Assembly (NCBI GenBank): GCA_964383955.1
Contig: CAYLJQ010000001.1
Coordinates: 1-39,738, forward strand
Direction: 5' to 3'
Source: an uncultured Heliomicrobium sp.
GTDB taxonomy: Bacteria; Acidobacteriota; Blastocatellia; RBC074
DNA: 39,738 bases
Shown here: positions 35,903 to 39,738 of the stretch, in pieces
Numbering within the stretch: the first letter of the stretch is position 1
How the letters are laid out: each line of letters starts with the position of its first letter
Program-made: the position numbers and the translations under genes
The notes under the pieces: generated by a model
What the model was told of the DNA's origin: nothing
Database searches by the model: none
Seen by the model: the letters and a program-made list of their open reading frames with translations, nothing else

Positions 35903-38758
35903 CTACTTCACAGTTTCGGCTCGTCCCAAATAGATGCCGTTGAACAGCAGCTTGAATGTTCCGTGCGGCTGCGCGCGGAACGCGATTTCGGGGCCGTACA
36001 TAAACAAGCGGCCTTTGCCGACGCTGGCGTCAATGACGGCGACACCGTCCTGCAAATACTTCTGTCCCCAAGCCCAGCCGCTGCGAAGCGGCGCGCCGTT
36101 GTCGAACCAGGCAACCGGCCTTACTCCTTTCAACGCCGCTTCCGGCTTCAGGCGAAAGACCGGGCTGTTGTCGAAAAAGACATCTGCCTTTTCCGGCATT
36201 CCGTAAGCCAGCGGGTTGGTGTTGTCCACGCTAACCTGCAAGAGCGAACCGGGAATGTAATATTTGTCGCGTCCGAGTGGTCGTTCGTCGCCACTGCCAG
36301 TTTTTTCCATCAAGGCATTCGCCATCGGCAAGCCAAGGTGATAACCCAGATTGGTCGAACTGCCGATGGTCAGCACCGTGCCACCCGCTTCGATGAAAGC
36401 TTTCAGTTGCGGAACGGTTCTGGCTGCCGTGACATTGCCGATCCAGCCGCGAAACTCTTCAGGAAGCTCGTTCGCTCCAGGCATTCGGCCAAACACCGGT
36501 TCGTCGCCTCCACCACCGGCCGGACCACCGCCCGCAGTTGCGCGAACTGCCGGAATCCCGCCCGTGACGAAGATAATCACATCAAACTTGTCCGCCAGAT
36601 TTCCAGCATCCAGCGTTTGCGGGTAAACCACCGTGAACGGAAATTCGAACTGTTCCAGAATCCAACGCGTCCAGCCCGAAGGCATAGAGCCGCCGTACCG
36701 ATCCCACAATGCGATGCGCGGCTGTTTCAGCTTGAACATCTCGCCCGCAGGTTTCGCCGTCAGCGGTTCAAACCGAACGCCGGTTTCGACTTCCATCTTG
36801 CGCACTTTCGCGCCGGTTTCGGCTTTTGACGGAATGAAAACCGTTCCCGCCGGATACGTCTTGCCGTTGACTGTGAACGCTTGTTTGATCCAGTACACGT
36901 CTTCGCCGTCTTTCAACAGGCGATTAGTGACCAGGAACGAATCGTTGACTTCGTGGCTGACCAGATAACCAGCCGCGTTCGCCAGCGGACGTGGCATGCC
37001 GGGAGCATACTTGGCAAAGCCGCTGATTTTCTCGAACGGGCCTTCGAAACCTTCCAGAATACGGTCGAACTTCACGCCCATCTGATAGGCCAGCGTCCAG
37101 CCTGCGCTGTCATACGGCGGAATCGGCGGCCCGCCAGGATATTGAAAATCGTTCGGATGATCCTGCGGTTCGAACATATCCAGAATGTGCGGGCGAAATG
37201 CCTGCGCGGTTTTGACGACGTAAGAACCTGCCGGATACGATTTGCCGTTGACCTGAAAATCGCTGCTTGCGCGATGAATCGTGATGCCGGTTTTGATCAG
37301 CGCGTTGACGAATTTGGTCGCCGTCAGAAAGTCCGCCTGATTGAAAGGAATGATGTAGCCCCGCGGATCGCGCAGTTCGGGTTTGCGCAGCATCTCGTAA
37401 TACTTCATTGAAGCAGCGCCACCGCGTCCGCCGAAACCTCCACCACCGCGTCCGCCGCCACCGGGACCGTCACCGCCCGCGCCTCTGGCTTCGGCGCTTT
37501 GGCGGCGCTCGCGATCAATCGCTTCCTGCACATCGGCAATGCGTCCGGGATTCACCGTCCAGGTGTCACGGTTGCCGCGCTCTATCGAATTCCGCCCCAT
37601 CTGGTAAATGTTGTACAAGAAGTCTTCGCGATTTTTTGTTGCCACATCCACGACAGCGCGATTGGCCGTGATCGAATATTCGATGGACTGACGGAAGTGC
37701 CATTTTTGCGGCGCAATCGGCGCAATCAGGTTGCCTTGCGGCAGTTGGCGGCTAACAACGAAAGGAATTTCCATCGGCGTTGGGCTGCCGATGGTTTCGG
37801 TCAGCAAACCGATCATGTTGTGAAAGTAAACCGTGGTTCGCAGTCCGCCGTTCCACCACGTCGAATAACCTGTGCCGGTTCGCGTCGTTGCGCCGGGTTT
37901 GTTTTCAGCCAAAAAGCGCTGATGCATCGCCGCGCCGACCAGATCAATTCCTGCCACGACCATCGGGTCAAAGGTGTAATTGAACGGATCGCGAAAAGGC
38001 GGCGCAAACAACACGGTTCCGGCAGGGCCAGTCTGGTGATGGTTGTAAACAATCTGCGGAAACCATTCGTGGTAAAACACGCGGTTGATGGCTTCTGATT
38101 CCGGCTGCGCGGACATGTAAAAGTCGCGGTTATTGTCGTGGCCGATGTATTTCTGATACAGGCGCGGGATCGAACCAAAACTGCGCTTGGTCGGGTCTTG
38201 TTCGCGCATATACCAGTTTGAAACCAATTCCATGCCGTCAGGATTGACCAGACAGGTCAGGATGATCGTGTCGTTCAGGAAGCGTTTGGTTTCTTCATCC
38301 GTGCGGCTGTTGAATTGCCAGATGGTTTCGATCAATTGCGCCGGGCCCAGCACTTCAGTCGCGTGCAAACCGCCGTCAATCCAAACGATGGCTTTGCCTT
38401 CTTTGGCCAGCGCGCGCGCCTGTTCGTCGTTCAAGCCTTCGGCCAAAGCCAGTTTTTTGGCAATTTCCTTGTACCGGTCAAGCTTCTTGTGATTTTCCGG
38501 CGAAGTGATGATGCCGACATACATCGTGCGGCCTTCGGCGGATTTGCCGATTTCGACCAGCTTCATGCGGTCGGATTCGGAGTCCAGCTTTTTGATATAG
38601 GCTTCGTATTGCGTGTAGTTGGCGAGCTGATAATCGTCGCCGATATTGAATCCGAAATGCGCTTTGGGAGTTGTCAGGCTTTGAGCCGAAGCGGCCAGGA
38701 CGGCAAAAGCGCACAACAGCGCCGCCAGCAGCCAACGACTAAACGGGTTCTTTCGCAT
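35903..38758 (-). CDS. Large secreted M14-like zinc carboxypeptidase-family protein
   Basis: The ORF track gives 35903-38815. I prefer the ATG at 38758 (MRKNPFSRWLLAALLCAFAVLAASAQS signal peptide), with AGAGG upstream. The N-terminal domain has WIDGGLHATEVLG (an HxxE zinc motif) and GIITSPEN..., as in M14 peptidases. A C-terminal region of about 500 aa has unknown function, and Gly/Arg-rich loops are present. Confidence 0.9.
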   Translation of the reverse strand: MRKNPFSRWLLAALLCAFAVLAASAQSLTTPKAHFGFNIGDDYQLANYTQYEAYIKKLDSESDRMKLVEIGKSAEGRTMYVGIITSPENHKKLDRYKEIAKKLALAEGLNDEQARALAKEGKAIVWIDGGLHATEVLGPAQLIETIWQFNSRTDEETKRFLNDTIILTCLVNPDGMELVSNWYMREQDPTKRSFGSIPRLYQKYIGHDNNRDFYMSAQPESEAINRVFYHEWFPQIVYNHHQTGPAGTVLFAPPFRDPFNYTFDPMVVAGIDLVGAAMHQRFLAENKPGATTRTGTGYSTWWNGGLRTTVYFHNMIGLLTETIGSPTPMEIPFVVSRQLPQGNLIAPIAPQKWHFRQSIEYSITANRAVVDVATKNREDFLYNIYQMGRNSIERGNRDTWTVNPGRIADVQEAIDRERRQSAEARGAGGDGPGGGGRGGGGFGGRGGAASMKYYEMLRKPELRDPRGYIIPFNQADFLTATKFVNALIKTGITIHRASSDFQVNGKSYPAGSYVVKTAQAFRPHILDMFEPQDHPNDFQYPGGPPIPPYDSAGWTLAYQMGVKFDRILEGFEGPFEKISGFAKYAPGMPRPLANAAGYLVSHEVNDSFLVTNRLLKDGEDVYWIKQAFTVNGKTYPAGTVFIPSKAETGAKVRKMEVETGVRFEPLTAKPAGEMFKLKQPRIALWDRYGGSMPSGWTRWILEQFEFPFTVVYPQTLDAGNLADKFDVIIFVTGGIPAVRATAGGGPAGGGGDEPVFGRMPGANELPEEFRGWIGNVTAARTVPQLKAFIEAGGTVLTIGSSTNLGYHLGLPMANALMEKTGSGDERPLGRDKYYIPGSLLQVSVDNTNPLAYGMPEKADVFFDNSPVFRLKPEAALKGVRPVAWFDNGAPLRSGWAWGQKYLQDGVAVIDASVGKGRLFMYGPEIAFRAQPHGTFKLLFNGIYLGRAETVK

Positions 38759-39012
38759 GGGCAGACCTCTTGAATGTGTTGAATTGTCGAATGGTTGAAG
38801 CAGAATCCGGCGCAACTATAAAGCCAGCCGAAAATTTGTGACAAGACTGATGACGCCGCCAAGTCACAAGTGGTTACGGGAACAACCACTTCGGACAATT
38901 TCGTCCGATTTACAAGAATTGACAACCAATGTAAGCCGAATGACAAGCGATCCTGAACCGCCTTCGTTATTGTGCCGCCACCCTTTTTCATTTCGCATAA
39001 CGGATTTCGACA

Positions 39013-39738
39013 ATGCAGATCAAATCGCTCAACGAACAGATTCGCGTCTGGCGGCCTGAAGGTTTCGCCGGATTGGAGCTTCGCCAGGGCACCAGTGTCA
39101 GCCAGCCGTATCCGAAACATTGGCACGAGGAGCTTCATTTTTGTCTGATTCAGGATGGTAGCGGCAAATTGAATTATCGCCGCGAAGATCATTGGACGCC
39201 CGCCGGTTGTCTGTTTATCGTTCATCCCGGTGAAGTCCATTCCAATCACGCCGATGAAGGCCGCAGTTGCAGTTATCGAAACCTTTATGCCGAGCCGGAA
39301 ATCATTCGCCGACTTACCGCTGAAATCACAGGTCATCAAAATGATCTGCCGTTCTTTTCACCCACGCCGATTTACGACCGCCAAGTCATACAGCTTTACC
39401 TGGACTTGCACCAAAGTTTTGAAGCGGGCAATTCCAAGCTGGAACAGGACGAGTTGCTGATGAACTTTCTGGCGAAATTGCTTGCCAGACATTCGGAATC
39501 GGCCACGGAATTTCGTGAACCGGGCCGCGAATGCGAAGCGGTCTATCAGACGCGGGATTATCTAATGGAGAATTTTTCCAGCAATATTTCGCTGGAAGAC
39601 CTGACCGGAATTGCCGGCTTGAGCCCGTTTCATTTGAACCGGGTGTTCAGCAAGGAATACGGCTTACCGCCACACGCATTTCTGACGCAGGTGCGCATTG
39701 CCCGCGCCAAAACGCTGTTGAAAGAAGGCGCGTCCATC
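39013..39738 (+). CDS. AraC-family transcriptional regulator (3'-truncated by the window end)
   Basis: This is absent from the ORF track because it has no stop in the window. An open frame runs from the ATG at 39013 to the window end (242 codons). The N-terminus is cupin-like (HWHEELHFCLIQDGSG...IVHPGEVHSN). The C-terminus is an AraC HTH (LEDLTGIAGLSPFHLNRVFSKEYGLPPHAFLTQVRIARAKTLL). Confidence 0.85.
   Translation, partial: MQIKSLNEQIRVWRPEGFAGLELRQGTSVSQPYPKHWHEELHFCLIQDGSGKLNYRREDHWTPAGCLFIVHPGEVHSNHADEGRSCSYRNLYAEPEIIRRLTAEITGHQNDLPFFSPTPIYDRQVIQLYLDLHQSFEAGNSKLEQDELLMNFLAKLLARHSESATEFREPGRECEAVYQTRDYLMENFSSNISLEDLTGIAGLSPFHLNRVFSKEYGLPPHAFLTQVRIARAKTLLKEGASI

Noticed and set aside
35963-36829. 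288-aa plus-strand ORF (and several others up to 38773) antisense to the M14-like peptidase gene
   Set aside because: These are Arg-rich antisense frames inside a 950-aa CDS that has a signal peptide and an HxxE motif.
38674-39339. 221-aa minus-strand ORF spanning the M14 5' end, the intergenic region and the AraC 5' end
   Set aside because: It overlaps two better-supported genes on both strands. It has no motifs. The AraC frame on the + strand explains the openness of this region.

Overview
This 39.7-kb window is densely coding, with about 31 CDS. I saw no rRNA, tRNA, CRISPR array, transposase or integrase. All calls rest on motif recognition in the ORF translations and on reading the DNA by eye; no searches or computations were run.

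The gene content suggests a soil Acidobacteriota- or PVC-like chromosome (inference). The pointers are single CxxCH heme modules fused to non-cytochrome domains, a DUF1592-family/DUF1552 gene pair, a PQQ-like propeller, many signal-peptide hydrolases, and short palindromic intergenic repeats that translate to SPQRRR / LRLCGE-like strings.

Gene order:
- Minus strand: a heme-c/PHM-like copper monooxygenase with a thioredoxin-fold partner, a GNAT, an orphan radical SAM, nrdJ (class II RNR), a superoxide dismutase, and a membrane protein.
- Plus strand: two coupled secreted unknowns and a PQQ-like propeller.
- Minus strand: a prenyltransferase-like CxxCH protein.
- Plus strand: a DUF1592-family heme protein with a Tat-exported DUF1552 protein, then two tandem ceramidase-N-like paralogs and a secreted PIG-L deacetylase.
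- Minus strand: an ECF sigma / anti-sigma / ExbD / TonB operon.
- Plus strand: rluE and a PLP dehydratase.
- Minus strand: Sua5/TsaC, an S8 peptidase, and a fused membrane/spermidine-synthase-like protein.
- Plus strand: a BshB1-like deacetylase.
- Minus strand: mlaE-mlaF-mlaD and a 950-aa M14-like peptidase.
- Plus strand: a partial AraC regulator.

The most interesting items are:
- the secreted ceramidase-like x2 plus PIG-L module in the window centre;
- the CxxCH-module gene pairs of unknown function;
- the ECF-ExbD-TonB operon, which lacks ExbB and a receptor and has a structured 174-nt sigma/anti-sigma spacer;
- three families of palindromic repeats, one copy lying inside a signal-peptide coding region;
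- a strongly structured 670-bp non-coding gap.
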